Below are positions 42,941 to 53,021 of a stretch of 64,000 nucleotides of DNA, one piece after another (within the stretch, counting starts at the first letter, position 1; each line of letters begins with the position of its first letter). A program made the position numbers and the translations under genes. Source of the DNA: Alphaproteobacteria bacterium (lineage in GTDB: Bacteria > Pseudomonadota > Alphaproteobacteria > Rhizobiales > Xanthobacteraceae); contig JAXDOR010000246.1 in NCBI GenBank assembly GCA_034668825.1, positions 477 to 64,476 of the forward strand, written 5' to 3'. The notes under the pieces were generated by a model. The model ran no database searches. It had not been told where the DNA came from and saw only the letters and a program-made list of their open reading frames with translations.

Positions 42941-45100
42941 ATGTTTGATATCCATCGTGTCGAGCTCGACTGGGGCGGGCGCACCCTAACCCTCGAAACC
43001 GGAAAGGTCGCCCGTCAGGCTGACGGCGCCGTGATCGCTACCTATGGCGAAACTACGGTTATCGCCACCGTCGTGGCGGCCAAGAAGCCGAAGGAAGGCA
43101 TCGACTTCCTGCCGCTGACCGTCAACTACACCGAGAAATACTACGCTGCCGGGCGCATCCCTGGCGGCTATTTCAAGCGCGAGCGCGGCCCGACCGAAAA
43201 GGACACGCTAACGTCGCGCCTCATCGATCGCCCGATCCGTCCGCTGTTCGCCGAAGGCTGGCGTTGCGATACCCAGGTGATCGTCACCGTACTGTCGCAC
43301 GATCAGGAGAACGATCCCGATATCCTCGGCATGGTGGCGGCTTCCGCCGCGTTGACGCTATCCGGCGCGCCCTTCATGGGTCCAATCGGCGGCGCACGCG
43401 TCGGCTTTACCAACAACGAATACGTGCTCAATCCCACGATCGACGAGATGAAAGAAAGCCAGCTCGACCTCGTGGTCGCGGGCACTCAAGACGCCGTGCT
43501 GATGGTGGAATCGGAGGCCAAGGAGCTGTCCGAGGAGATCATGCTTGGCGCGGTGATGTTCGGCCACCGGCACTTCCAGCCGGTGATTCAGGCCATCATT
43601 CAGCTTGCCGAAAAAGCCGCGAAGGAGCCGCGCGATTTCGCGATGCCCGACACCGCCGCGATCGAGAAGGAGATGCTCGGTATCGTCGAAAAGGATCTGC
43701 GCGCAGCCTATGCGATCCCGCGCAAGGCCGAGCGTCAGGACGCGGTCGCCGCCGTCAAGAAGAGGGCGATGGAGCACTTCTTTCCGGACGGAAAAGACAA
43801 TCCCGAGCGACCGATGCAGCAAGTCGCGGGCGTGTTCAAGGATCTCGAAGCCAAGATCGTGCGTTGGAACATCCTCGATACCTCAAAGCGCATCGACGGC
43901 CGCGATCTCGTGACCGTGCGCCCGATCATCGCCGAGGCCGGCTTCCTGCCGCGCACCCATGGCTCCGCTTTGTTCACCCGCGGCGAGACCCAAGCGATCG
44001 TGGTGGCAACGCTCGGCACCGGCGAGGACGAGCAGTGGATCGACGCTCTGTCGGGGACGTACAAAGAAGCTTTCATGCTGCATTACAACTTCCCGCCCTT
44101 CTCTGTTGGCGAGACCGGACGCATCGGCGCGCCCGGCCGTCGTGAGATCGGCCACGGCAAGCTCGCTTGGCGGGCGATCCGCCCCATGCTTCCGGCGAAA
44201 GACACGTTTCCCTACACTATCCGCGTGGTGTCGGAGATCACCGAGTCGAACGGCTCCTCGTCGATGGCGACGGTCTGCGGCACCTCGCTGGCGCTGATGG
44301 ATGCAGGCGTGCCGCTAAAGCGGCCGACCGCGGGCATCGCCATGGGCCTGATCCTTGAGGACAAGCGCTACGCCGTGCTGTCCGACATCCTCGGCGACGA
44401 GGACCATCTCGGCGACATGGACTTCAAGGTGGCCGGCACGGAGGAGGGCATCACCGCGCTCCAGATGGACATCAAAATCGCCGGCATCACCGAAGAGATC
44501 ATGAAAGTCGCGCTTGGCCAGGCCAAGGGCGGACGGCTGCATATCCTCGGCGAGATGGCGAAGGCGCTTAACACCGCCCGCGCCGAGCTTGGCGAGCATG
44601 CCCCGCGGATCGAAACGTTCAAGATCCCGACCGACAAGATCCGTGAAGTGATCGGCACCGGCGGCAAGGTGATCCGCGAGATCGTCGAGAAGACCGGCGC
44701 CAAGGTCAACATCGAGGACGACGGCACCGTCAAGGTCGCCTCGGCTAACGGCGAGCAGATCAAGGCGGCGATCAACTGGATCAAGTCGATCGCCTCCGAC
44801 CCCGAAGTGGGGACGATCTACGAGGGCACCGTGGTGAAGGTCATGGACTTCGGCGCCTTCGTCAACTTCTTCGGCTCCAAGGACGGCCTGGTGCATATCA
44901 GCCAGCTCGCGGCGAACCGGGTGAACAACGTCAAGGACGTGGTCAAGGAAGGCGACAAGGTGAAGGTCAAGCTGCTCGGCTTCGACGACCGCGGCAAAAC
45001 GCGGCTGTCGATGAAGGTGGTCGACCAAGCCACGGGCGAAGACCTCGAGACCAAGCAGAAGGCCGAGGGCGAACCACGCCAAGCCGCAGGCGGCGAGTAG
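42941..45100 (+). CDS. pnp: Polyribonucleotide nucleotidyltransferase (PNPase)
   Basis: 719 aa with two RNase PH domains plus KH and S1 domains. Confidence 0.97.
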   Translation: MFDIHRVELDWGGRTLTLETGKVARQADGAVIATYGETTVIATVVAAKKPKEGIDFLPLTVNYTEKYYAAGRIPGGYFKRERGPTEKDTLTSRLIDRPIRPLFAEGWRCDTQVIVTVLSHDQENDPDILGMVAASAALTLSGAPFMGPIGGARVGFTNNEYVLNPTIDEMKESQLDLVVAGTQDAVLMVESEAKELSEEIMLGAVMFGHRHFQPVIQAIIQLAEKAAKEPRDFAMPDTAAIEKEMLGIVEKDLRAAYAIPRKAERQDAVAAVKKRAMEHFFPDGKDNPERPMQQVAGVFKDLEAKIVRWNILDTSKRIDGRDLVTVRPIIAEAGFLPRTHGSALFTRGETQAIVVATLGTGEDEQWIDALSGTYKEAFMLHYNFPPFSVGETGRIGAPGRREIGHGKLAWRAIRPMLPAKDTFPYTIRVVSEITESNGSSSMATVCGTSLALMDAGVPLKRPTAGIAMGLILEDKRYAVLSDILGDEDHLGDMDFKVAGTEEGITALQMDIKIAGITEEIMKVALGQAKGGRLHILGEMAKALNTARAELGEHAPRIETFKIPTDKIREVIGTGGKVIREIVEKTGAKVNIEDDGTVKVASANGEQIKAAINWIKSIASDPEVGTIYEGTVVKVMDFGAFVNFFGSKDGLVHISQLAANRVNNVKDVVKEGDKVKVKLLGFDDRGKTRLSMKVVDQATGEDLETKQKAEGEPRQAAGGE

Positions 45101-45133
45101 CTCTCCGCCCTTTCCTCTTGAGACGTCGAAACG

Positions 45134-45161
45134 AAGGCGGCCGAAAGGCCGCCTTTTTTTG
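45134..45161 (+). terminator. Rho-independent terminator after pnp
   Basis: AAGGCGGCC-gaaa-GGCCGCCTT followed by TTTTTG. Confidence 0.85.
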
Positions 45162-45230
45162 TCATCCCTACCAGAGCTAGGACACGGTAAAGGCTAGATA
45201 AAACAGCTATTTAGCTTGAAAACGACATTC

Positions 45231-45246
45231 TGTGATGCCCATCACT
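45231..45246. promoter_or_regulatory. CRP-type binding-site candidate TGTGA-N6-TCACT
   Basis: TGTGAtgcccaTCACT matches the TGTGA-N6-TCACA consensus at 9 of 10 positions. It lies in a low-GC intergenic region 75 bp upstream of the small ORF at 45321. Confidence 0.45.
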
Positions 45247-45320
45247 TCGCCTCTCCACTGGCAGCAGTAACCTTCACATCACATTAACAACGCACGCCCA
45301 TCTAGCGCAGGAGAAGTCCC

Positions 45321-45446
45321 ATGACGCATCTCATCGACATCGGCGGCTCCGCTTTGAACCGTTTCTTCTCCAGCATTCTGCATTTTGCGCTGATCCGGGT
45401 GTTCCATCGCCTTCAGGCGCAATGCGGTGTCTGCCTAGAACGCTAG
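45321..45446 (+). CDS. Candidate small protein (41 aa, C-terminal CxxC), not in the ORF track
   Basis: ATG at 45321 with AGGAGA 6 nt upstream. Sequence MTHLIDIGGSALNRFFSSILHFALIRVFHRLQAQCGVCLER. Third-position G+C is about 70% by my count. A hairpin plus T-rich run follows. Confidence 0.4.
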   Translation: MTHLIDIGGSALNRFFSSILHFALIRVFHRLQAQCGVCLER

Positions 45447-45463
45447 AACGAACGCATCGCTCG

Positions 45464-45496
45464 GCCCGCCGGTACAGAGTCCCGGTGGGCTCTTTG
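45464..45496 (+). terminator. Candidate terminator after the small ORF
   Basis: GCCCGCCGG (45464-45472) pairs with CCGGTGGGC (45482-45490) with one G-T pair, followed by TCTTT. Confidence 0.35.
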
Positions 45497-45563
45497 CGCG
45501 CTTCATCGACGGATGCTTGCGCTATAATCTCGGCGCCCTTGGTAGATCGGGCGCAGAGGTGTC

Positions 45564-46247
45564 ATGGCGACGGTGAGCCATCAAAATAATGGGCTGTTGT
45601 CCGCCCTCCCCGAGCACCTCTCGGCTTATCTGTTCGCCGAAGCCAAAGCCATTCGACTTGCCGCCGGCGAAATGCTTTTCCTCAAAGGCGATGCAGGGGA
45701 CGGATGCTATCGGGTTGAGCAAGGGTTGCTCAAAGTCGGCATCGGTTCGCGCTCAGGTGCGGAGAGAATTCTTGCTGTGCTCGGCCCCGGCGCGCTCGTC
45801 GGCGAATTGTCGATCATCGATCGGCTGCCCCGCTCCGCATCGGTCACGGCGTTGCGTGACTCCGAACTCAGTTTCGTCAGCCGCGCGCTGTTCGAGCAAT
45901 GCACGCTGAAATATCCCGAAGTCTACAAATACCTCGTCGAGCTTCTCGCCTCACGGCTGCGCGAAACCGACGCAGTCCTCGCAGCGGAAAGCCTGCTTCC
46001 CCTCAAGGGCCGCGTTGCGACAAGATTGCTCGAACTAGCGGATGCCTTCGGCCAGGATGTCGGTTCAGGCCGTATCCTCATTCGCCAGAAGATCGGCCAG
46101 CACGACCTCGCGGCCATGGCTGGGATCGCGCGGGAGAACGTTAGCCGCCTGCTCAATGAGTGGAAGCGCCGCAAGCTGGTGAGTCGAGTCAATGGCTATT
46201 ATTGCTTGGAGGACAAGGCCGCGCTTGAGCACGAGGCCGATCTCTAA
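45564..46247 (+). CDS. Crp/Fnr-family transcriptional regulator (cNMP-binding domain plus HTH)
   Basis: cNMP-binding motif GELSIIDRLPRSASVTA. HTH is HDLAAMAGIARENVSRLLNEWKRRKLV, with the R-E-x-x-x-R pattern also seen in E. coli CRP. A TATAAT lies at 45523-45528 upstream. Confidence 0.9.
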   Translation: MATVSHQNNGLLSALPEHLSAYLFAEAKAIRLAAGEMLFLKGDAGDGCYRVEQGLLKVGIGSRSGAERILAVLGPGALVGELSIIDRLPRSASVTALRDSELSFVSRALFEQCTLKYPEVYKYLVELLASRLRETDAVLAAESLLPLKGRVATRLLELADAFGQDVGSGRILIRQKIGQHDLAAMAGIARENVSRLLNEWKRRKLVSRVNGYYCLEDKAALEHEADL

Positions 46248-46257
46248 GCCCGCGCGC

Positions 46258-47100
46258 TTACTGCGCTGCTTCCTTCGTCTCCTCGCCACCCTCTCCCCTG
46301 AGCGCATCGGGCTGCGGCATGGCGATGATATTGTAGCCGGAATCGACGAAATGGATTTCGCCAGTGACACCGCTGGATAAATCAGAGAGCAAATAAAGCC
46401 CGGCACCGCCAAGGTCTTCCAGGCTCACGCCGCGGCCGAGCGGCGAATGCCGCTGCTGGTAAGCAAACATGTAGCGTGCATCGTTGATCCCGGCGCCGGC
46501 AAGCGTGCGGATGGGGCCGGCGGAGATCGCGTTCACGCGGATGTTCCGGCTGCCATAGTCCACCGCAAGGTAACGCACCGAGGCCTCCAACGCCGCCTTC
46601 GCCACGCCCATGACATTGTAATTAGGCATCGCACGCGAGCCACCATTGTAGGTCAGCGTGACCATCGAGCCGCCGTTTGGCATCAGCGCGGCGGCGCGCT
46701 TGGCTGCTTCGGTGAAGGCGTAGCAGGAGATCACCATGGTACGGATGAAGTTTTCCCGGGTTGAATCCGCGTAGCGGCCCTTGAGTTCGCTTTTGTCGGA
46801 AAATGCGATGGCGTGGACGAGAAAATCCATCGTCCCCCATTGCTTCTTGATCTCGTCGAACACCGCGTCGACGGAAGCGATGTCTTCCACATCGCAGGGA
46901 AGCACAAGTGAGGAGCCGATTGTTTGCGCCAGCGGTTTTACGCGCTTGCCTAGCGCCTCGCCCTGGTAGGTGAAGGCAAGCTGCGCGCCTTGGGCCGCGA
47001 GTGCCTCGGCAATGCCCCAGGCGATCGAATGATCGTTGGCGACCCCCATGACGAGCCCGCGCTTTCCTTTCATAAGTCCCGTCGACAACGCGCTGCTCAT
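46258..47100 (-). CDS. fabI: Enoyl-[acyl-carrier-protein] reductase (NADH)
   Basis: GLMKGKRGLVMGVANDHSIAWGIA. The ATG 47100 start overlaps the fabB stop (ATGA); a GTG alternative is at 47103. Confidence 0.93.
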   Translation of the reverse strand: MSSALSTGLMKGKRGLVMGVANDHSIAWGIAEALAAQGAQLAFTYQGEALGKRVKPLAQTIGSSLVLPCDVEDIASVDAVFDEIKKQWGTMDFLVHAIAFSDKSELKGRYADSTRENFIRTMVISCYAFTEAAKRAAALMPNGGSMVTLTYNGGSRAMPNYNVMGVAKAALEASVRYLAVDYGSRNIRVNAISAGPIRTLAGAGINDARYMFAYQQRHSPLGRGVSLEDLGGAGLYLLSDLSSGVTGEIHFVDSGYNIIAMPQPDALRGEGGEETKEAAQ

Positions 47101-48317
47101 CACGCATCCAACCTTTTGAACACGACCGAAGCATTGGTGCCGCCGAAGCCGAACGAGTTCGACAATACGCAGCCGAGCTTCACGTCGTCGCGCCGCTTAC
47201 GCACTATGGGCATGTCGCTGAAGGCGGGATCGAGCGTCTCGATGTTGGCGCTCTCACAGATGAAGCCATTGTTCATCATCAACAACGAATAGATCGCTTC
47301 CTGAGCACCCGCGGCTCCGAGCGAATGTCCGGTCAGTGACTTGGTCGCGGAGATTGGCGGGCATTTGTCGCCGAATACCTCGCGGATGGCTTCGATCTCC
47401 TTGAGATCGCCGACCGGCGTCGAGGTCGCGTGGGGATTGATATAGTCTACCGGCGCCTTGACGGTTGCCAATGCCATCTTCATGCAGCGCATCGCACCTT
47501 CGCCGGACGGCGCTACCATGTCGTGGCCATCAGACGTCGCGCCATAGCCCACGACCTCGGCATAAAGCTTCGCCCCCCGCGCCTTTGCATGTTCCAGTTC
47601 TTCCAGCACCAGCACGCCGGCGCCGCCGGCGATGACGAAGCCGTCGCGATCCGCGTCATAGGCGCGAGAAGCTTTCTGAGGCGTCTGATTATATTTCGAC
47701 GACATCGCGCCCATGGCGTCGAACAGTACCGAGAGCGTCCAGTCCAGTTCCTCGCAGCCGCCGGCAAAGATCGTGTCCTGCTTGCCGTATTGAATGATCT
47801 CCATGGCGTTGCCGATGCAATGGTTCGACGTCGCGCAAGCGGACGAGATCGAGTAGTTGACGCCCTTGATCTTGAACCAGGTAGCGAGCGTAGCCGAAGC
47901 GGTCGACGACATCGCCTTGGGCACTGCGAAAGGACCGACGCGCTTCGGACCCTTGGTGCGGGCGATGTCGGCAGCCTCGACCACCGCATGGGTCGATGGC
48001 CCGCCCGAGCCCATGATGATGCCAGTTTTCTCGTGGGAGACGTCCCCCTGTTCCAAACCGGCGTCGCGGATCGCCTGTTCCATGGCAACGTGATTCCACG
48101 CCGCGCCACCACCAAGAAAACGCATGGCCCGTCGGTCGACAACCTCTTCCGGATCGAGTGTCGGCGCGCCGTGTACTTGGCAACGGAAACCGAGTTCCGC
48201 GTATTTGTCGGCGCGCACCACACCCGATCGGCCTTCGCGCAGACTCGCCACCACTTCCTGGGTGTTGTTGCCGATGGATGAGACGATCCCCATCCCGGTG
48301 ACGACAACACGTCTCAT
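47100..48317 (-). CDS. fabB: Beta-ketoacyl-ACP synthase I
   Basis: Trimmed to ATG 48317 ([18 protein letters not shown]). Active-site region SSACATS, C-terminal [10 protein letters not shown]. Confidence 0.93.
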   Translation of the reverse strand: MRRVVVTGMGIVSSIGNNTQEVVASLREGRSGVVRADKYAELGFRCQVHGAPTLDPEEVVDRRAMRFLGGGAAWNHVAMEQAIRDAGLEQGDVSHEKTGIIMGSGGPSTHAVVEAADIARTKGPKRVGPFAVPKAMSSTASATLATWFKIKGVNYSISSACATSNHCIGNAMEIIQYGKQDTIFAGGCEELDWTLSVLFDAMGAMSSKYNQTPQKASRAYDADRDGFVIAGGAGVLVLEELEHAKARGAKLYAEVVGYGATSDGHDMVAPSGEGAMRCMKMALATVKAPVDYINPHATSTPVGDLKEIEAIREVFGDKCPPISATKSLTGHSLGAAGAQEAIYSLLMMNNGFICESANIETLDPAFSDMPIVRKRRDDVKLGCVLSNSFGFGGTNASVVFKRLDA

Positions 48318-48441
48318 GCCTGCCTCATCTGGTTTTGTGCCGCGGCCGATCAATTAATCTGGGCTCGCCGGCATTCGATAGCAATCCTGCAACATTCGCG
48401 CGGCGTAATTACGAAGCGATGACAGCGCGAGAAGAAACCTC

Positions 48442-48972
48442 TCAGGTGCCGCTCGGTTGTAACATCTGCTCCTGACGGAATAGCCCGACCTTGAGATCAC
48501 TCGCGCGATAGATCACGGCGCCGTCGGCCGACAGCCAGCCGTCGGCGACGCCGAGCACCAGTTTCGAGCGCATCACCCGTTTGATGTCGAGGCCGTAGAC
48601 CACCTTCTTCACATTCGGGAGAACCTGGCCGGAGAATTTCAACTCGCCGAGGCCGAGCGCGCGGCCCTTGCCTGGAGCGCCCAGCCAGCCGAGGAAAAAG
48701 CCAAGGAGCTGCCACAGCGCGTCAAGGCCGAGACATCCGGGCATCACCGGGTCTCCCTTGAAATGGCAGAGGAAGAACCAGAGGTCCGGCTTCACCTCGA
48801 GTTCGGCACGCACCAGGCCCTTGCCATGGGGCCCGCCTTCTTCCGCGATCTCGGAGATGCGCTCGAACATGAGCATGGGTGGCAACGGCAGTTGCGGGCC
48901 TTCCGCGAACAGGTCGCCGCGTCCGCAGGCGAGCAAATCCTCGTAGCCGAAGCTTGTGCGTCGATTTTGCAT
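48442..48972 (-). CDS. fabA: 3-hydroxydecanoyl-ACP dehydratase/isomerase
   Basis: [32 protein letters not shown] and [24 protein letters not shown] are FabA signatures. Confidence 0.95.
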   Translation of the reverse strand: MQNRRTSFGYEDLLACGRGDLFAEGPQLPLPPMLMFERISEIAEEGGPHGKGLVRAELEVKPDLWFFLCHFKGDPVMPGCLGLDALWQLLGFFLGWLGAPGKGRALGLGELKFSGQVLPNVKKVVYGLDIKRVMRSKLVLGVADGWLSADGAVIYRASDLKVGLFRQEQMLQPSGT

Positions 48973-49181
48973 TCCTGCTCTGTCCTCACGCCCGCTTTAT
49001 CGTGGGCGCTTTCCTAACACACGGAATACACGGGTTAAAGTGAGCCATAAGGCGGCATTTGCACGCAAAGCCAACGGAGCGGTTTGTTGCGACGGAGTTG
49101 CATCTAACGGCCTAAGGCCGTATCTTGTGCTTTAGCCGCAATGAGTTAAGCACAGAAACGGTTTCGGCAAGGGTAGGGATT

Positions 49182-49679
49182 ATGACGCAACTGCGGACGA
49201 TAGTTCTTCCGGCTCCGGTCGCATCCGCCGAGCAATCGCCCTTAGTCCTGCGGACCGGCCTCAACGGTTGCCCCTGGCATGACGTCAAAGCCCTGCTCCG
49301 AGACGTCGGTTTGCGCCCGACGCGCCAACGCATGGCCCTCGGCTGGATCCTATTCGGCAAAGGCGACCGGCACCTCACCGCCGAAATGCTCTACGAAGAG
49401 GCGACCAAGGCCAAGGTGCCGGTGTCGCTGGCGACCATTTACAACACGTTGCATCAGTTTACGGATGTCGGTCTGCTGCGCCAGGTCGCTGTCGACGGCT
49501 CGAAAACTTATTTCGACACCAACGTCTCCGCGCATCACCACTTCTTTCTGGAAGACGACAATGCGCTGGTCGATATTCCGGGAACCGACGTGATTGTCGG
49601 CACCGCACCGACGCCGCCGGAAGGTTACGAGGTTGCTCGTATCGATGTCGTGGTACGGCTGCGGCGCAAGCAGCGCTAA
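49182..49679 (+). CDS. irr: Iron response regulator Irr (Fur family) with heme regulatory motif
   Basis: Trimmed to ATG 49182. Contains GCPWHD (a Cys-Pro heme regulatory motif), LRPTRQRMALGWILFGKGDRHLTAEMLYEEA, and an internal HHH motif (SAHHHFFLED). It is divergent from fabA, as in Bradyrhizobium. Confidence 0.9.
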   Translation: MTQLRTIVLPAPVASAEQSPLVLRTGLNGCPWHDVKALLRDVGLRPTRQRMALGWILFGKGDRHLTAEMLYEEATKAKVPVSLATIYNTLHQFTDVGLLRQVAVDGSKTYFDTNVSAHHHFFLEDDNALVDIPGTDVIVGTAPTPPEGYEVARIDVVVRLRRKQR

Positions 49680-49700
49680 TCCGAGTTCCAATTTGTTTCC

Positions 49701-49731
49701 ATCATGGCCGGGACGAACCCGGCGATGACAA
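49701..49731. repeat. Single REP-type unit of the same family as 40867-40955
   Basis: ATCATGGCCGGGACGAACCCGGCGATGACAA. Its reverse complement matches the GTCATgaCCGGGTTCGTCCCGGCCAT unit. Confidence 0.6.
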
Positions 49732-49735
49732 AGGG

Positions 49736-50257
49736 TTATTCGACCTTTTCGTTGGGATAGACGCCCCATAGCCGGTCCTGCTCGATCCAACCGTCGAATT
49801 TATTTCCCGAAATACGACACCAACTGCCGGTGCATTTCTTCACGGTGCCGAGCACGCCCGCCTGAAGCTGCGCGGTGACCGCGGCGGCGGCCTCCGCCTT
49901 GTCACGAATAGCAACCAATTCGTCTTTGGCCTTCGGCATTACCACACCGGTGCGGCGGCCGGACAACAGCGAATGATAGACCCAGCCCTCGGAGCCTTCA
50001 CCGTCGCGGATGCGTCTCCAATTTTCAAATTCGGCGGTGATTTCGACCGGAAGTCCGGCGCGGGTATAGACCCAGGTCACGTCGTAGGTCTTCGCCGGCC
50101 CGACATGCATATTGACCTTGTCGGCCTTGAGGCTGACGAAGCGCGGAACCGGAAGCCCACTCGGGCCGGTAGGCACTTCGCCCGCTGCATTCGCCGGGCT
50201 GCTACCTCCCATGGCGATGACCAAAAGGCCCCACAGGGAAAGACGCGATAAACTCAT
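49736..50257 (-). CDS. SH3-like domain protein (DUF1058 / COG3807 type), exported
   Basis: Trimmed to ATG 50257 (MSLSRLSLWGLLVIAMGGSSPANA signal peptide). Contains LPVPRFVSLKADKVNMHVGPAKTYDVTWVYTRAGLPVEI...W.RIRD..G..GWV. Confidence 0.75.
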   Translation of the reverse strand: MSLSRLSLWGLLVIAMGGSSPANAAGEVPTGPSGLPVPRFVSLKADKVNMHVGPAKTYDVTWVYTRAGLPVEITAEFENWRRIRDGEGSEGWVYHSLLSGRRTGVVMPKAKDELVAIRDKAEAAAAVTAQLQAGVLGTVKKCTGSWCRISGNKFDGWIEQDRLWGVYPNEKVE

Positions 50258-50458
50258 TGAGGGAGTCCGATTGGCGTGTCTGACCGCTCTGTGGGGATAG
50301 TGTAGCAGGCGGCCGCGGCCTCGGTGCCTTGTCTTCACACGGCCATCTGTTAGAGAGGAACCGCGCCGCGCCCGCCGAAATGGACGCCCCTAGTGTCGGC
50401 TAGCCCGGTTAAAGAGGCCTGAACGGCCCGCGCTTGTGGCGCGAAAGGGCGGCGACCC

Positions 50459-51460
50459 ATGCCGAAGCGAAAAAAGCCCCTGGTCATCGTGACCCGCAAG
50501 CTACCCGACACCGTCGAGACGCGGATGCGCGAGCTGTTCGAAGTCGAGCTCAATCTCGACGGCCGGCCGATGAGCCGTGCCGACCTCGCGGCCGCGGCGC
50601 AACGCGCCGACGTGCTGGTGCCGACCGTGACTGACTTGGTTGACGCGCCCATCCTGGAACAGGCCGGCGACAAGCTGAAGCTCATCGCCAATTTCGGCAA
50701 TGGCGTCGACAATATCGATGTCGTCACGGCGGTAAAGCGCGGGATCACGGTGACCAACACGCCGAAAGTCCTCACCGAGGACACCGCCGACATGACGATG
50801 GCGCTGATCCTGGCTGTGCCTCGGCGGCTCGGAGAGGGATCGGCCGTCCTCACCGGGGAGAAGGAATGGACCGGCTGGTCGCCGACTTGGATGCTGGGGC
50901 ATCGCATCGGCGGCAAGCGTCTCGGCATCATCGGCATGGGCCGTATTGGGCAAGCGGTCGCGCGGCGTGCGCGCGCCTTCGGCCTGCAAATCCATTATCA
51001 CAATCGCCACCGCGTGACGCCGAAGATCGAGGAAGAGCTCAACGCGACCTACTGGGAGAGCCTCGACCAAATGCTCGCGCGCATGGACATCATCTCGATC
51101 AATTGTCCGCATACGCCGGCGACATATCATCTGCTTTCGGCGCGGCGTCTCAAGCTCATCCGCCCCGAGGCTTACATCGTCAATACCGCTCGGGGAGAGG
51201 TAATCGACGAAGCCGCCCTGACGCGCTTGATCGACACTGGCGCCATTGCGGGAGCCGGACTCGACGTGTTCGAGCACGAGCCTGCGGTAAACCCCAAACT
51301 GGTGAAGCTCGCACGCGCGGGCAAGGTGGTGCTGCTGCCGCACATGGGCTCGGCCACCATCGAAGGCCGGGTGGAGATGGGCGAGAAGGTCATCATCAAC
51401 ATCAAGACCTTCATGGACGGCCACAAGCCGCCCGACCGCGTGTTGCCCTCGATGCTGTGA
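50459..51460 (+). CDS. D-isomer-specific 2-hydroxyacid dehydrogenase (glyoxylate/hydroxypyruvate reductase-like)
   Basis: NAD-binding GIIGMGRIGQAVARRA, plus catalytic-region motifs (NTARG, DVFEHEP, LPHMGSAT). Confidence 0.9.
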   Translation: MPKRKKPLVIVTRKLPDTVETRMRELFEVELNLDGRPMSRADLAAAAQRADVLVPTVTDLVDAPILEQAGDKLKLIANFGNGVDNIDVVTAVKRGITVTNTPKVLTEDTADMTMALILAVPRRLGEGSAVLTGEKEWTGWSPTWMLGHRIGGKRLGIIGMGRIGQAVARRARAFGLQIHYHNRHRVTPKIEEELNATYWESLDQMLARMDIISINCPHTPATYHLLSARRLKLIRPEAYIVNTARGEVIDEAALTRLIDTGAIAGAGLDVFEHEPAVNPKLVKLARAGKVVLLPHMGSATIEGRVEMGEKVIINIKTFMDGHKPPDRVLPSML

Positions 51461-51530
51461 TCGGGCGCATGCAAGTGCGCCCGCCGTAAATGTCGTATGC
51501 TGGTTCCAGGATAAACGCGGGAGGACATGG

Positions 51531-51893
51531 ATGCGCGCGTCAATCGTCGGCATCGCCGCCGTTGCCATAATGGCCGCATGCGGCGGCTCGTTCGCCGCCG
51601 GAAAGCTAACGCCGGCCGACATCAAGAATGTGTTCTTCAACGGCCAACCCTTCACCGCCGCGACGCCGTCCGGCGTCAAATACAAGATGATCTATACGGC
51701 GGACGGTAAGATGACGCGGGAATCCGTAGCGCACGGCGGCGCCAAAAGCGAAGGCACCTGGACACTGACCAAAGACGGCTTCTGCACCACATGGAAGGCG
51801 TCGCAGCCGAATTGCTACACGCTGGTTTCTTCCGGCGACAAGAGATGGTCGGTAATGAAGGGCTCCGGCCTGATGGCGGTGTGGACGAAGTAG
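51531..51893 (+). CDS. Small exported protein, possible lipoprotein, unknown function
   Basis: GGGAGGA 5 nt upstream of the ATG. Signal sequence MRASIVGIAAVAIMAACGG with a lipobox-like MAAC. 120 aa. Confidence 0.6.
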   Translation: MRASIVGIAAVAIMAACGGSFAAGKLTPADIKNVFFNGQPFTAATPSGVKYKMIYTADGKMTRESVAHGGAKSEGTWTLTKDGFCTTWKASQPNCYTLVSSGDKRWSVMKGSGLMAVWTK

Positions 51894-51900
51894 CCTTCTT

Positions 51901-53013
51901 TTATTCTGCAGCGGCGGCGGGCCGGCGTCGTCCAACACGCAGAAGCCGCTCGATCCAGTCGGCAAAGAGCGCAGGCCGCTCCACCAGGCGCGCAACACCA
52001 TAAGCGATCAAATTACAGATAAAAAAGCTGCCACAGGAAATGCTGGCCCAGCGCCCCGGGGTCGTGGTGACGTCGCCGATGGTTGGATCGAGTAGCGCCC
52101 TCAGCGTCACAAGGGTCGGCGCGTGAAGGATATAGAGCGTGTAAGACCACGCTCCGGTGGCAATGAGCGCGCGTCCCGTACGCCCGCCCATGTCCGGCGC
52201 GCGCGCAAGCGCGATAAGCCAAAGACCGATCGGCAGACCAATAACACCCTGATAGAAAAGGCCCGCTGGCGTATCGAGCAGAAAGAGCGGGAAAAAAAGT
52301 GGAAACAGCGCAGCGCATGCGACGCAGGCAAATCCGAAGAGAGGCCTAACGGGCAGGCGGTGGTGCAAAAGAGCCGCTAGTCCTCCGAAAGCAAAAAGCA
52401 TTGCGGCGGTGAGGCCGAGTGCGAAACCGCGGATCAGCGCCAATAGGAGAATGATCGTCAGAACGGAGGAGACGATCCGGGTCAAACGGATTTTTCCGGC
52501 TATGCCCAAGGCTGCGCAGGCGGCGATCGCATAGAGGACGAGTTCGAGCCGCAACGACCAGATCGCGACGTTGGTCGCCGGCAAGGCGTCGTTCGCCGGT
52601 TGCGAAAATGTGAAGGTGAAAGCCCGCAGCCATGCCGCCATGCTCACGTCAAAAGGCATATCCACGTGTTTGAGCGCGGAAAAGGCGACACCATCGAACC
52701 GAAGCACGACGATGATGGCGGCGGCGAGAATTGCGAAAAGATAGGGCGGGTAAATGCGAGCAAAGCGGCGGATAGCATAGTCGATGCAGTTGAATTCGCC
52801 CGAACGGATATATTCCCGCCTGACGGTGGTCGCGATCGCGAACCCGCTCAAGCAAAAAAAGATAAGAACGGCAAGCCGTGCTGGCCAGCTTGCGACGGGA
52901 TTTGTCAAATCGCCGGCAGGATCGAGCAGCATGAAGACATGCGAAATCACGACCACCTGAGCAGCAATGCCCCTGACCGCGTCAAGATTATGGAAGTGGC
53001 CAGACCGCTGCAT
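51901..53013 (-). CDS. Acyltransferase family 3 (OafA-like) integral membrane protein
   Basis: Trimmed to ATG 53013 (MQRSGHFHNLDAVRGIAAQVVVISHVF). About 10 predicted TM segments. It starts 8 bp after the stop of the upstream gene. Confidence 0.8.
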   Translation of the reverse strand: MQRSGHFHNLDAVRGIAAQVVVISHVFMLLDPAGDLTNPVASWPARLAVLIFFCLSGFAIATTVRREYIRSGEFNCIDYAIRRFARIYPPYLFAILAAAIIVVLRFDGVAFSALKHVDMPFDVSMAAWLRAFTFTFSQPANDALPATNVAIWSLRLELVLYAIAACAALGIAGKIRLTRIVSSVLTIILLLALIRGFALGLTAAMLFAFGGLAALLHHRLPVRPLFGFACVACAALFPLFFPLFLLDTPAGLFYQGVIGLPIGLWLIALARAPDMGGRTGRALIATGAWSYTLYILHAPTLVTLRALLDPTIGDVTTTPGRWASISCGSFFICNLIAYGVARLVERPALFADWIERLLRVGRRRPAAAAE

Positions 53014-53021
53014 GAATGAAG

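Noticed and set aside
50501-51685. 394-aa minus-strand ORF
   Set aside because: It is antisense to the 2-hydroxyacid dehydrogenase gene. The same reasoning applies to 58392..59420 (antisense to ubiB), 8639..9709 and 7215..8543 (within the RND gene), 28754..29803, 31768..32634, 25188..26033, 40012..40827, 44315..45082, 59877..60818 and 43264..44145.
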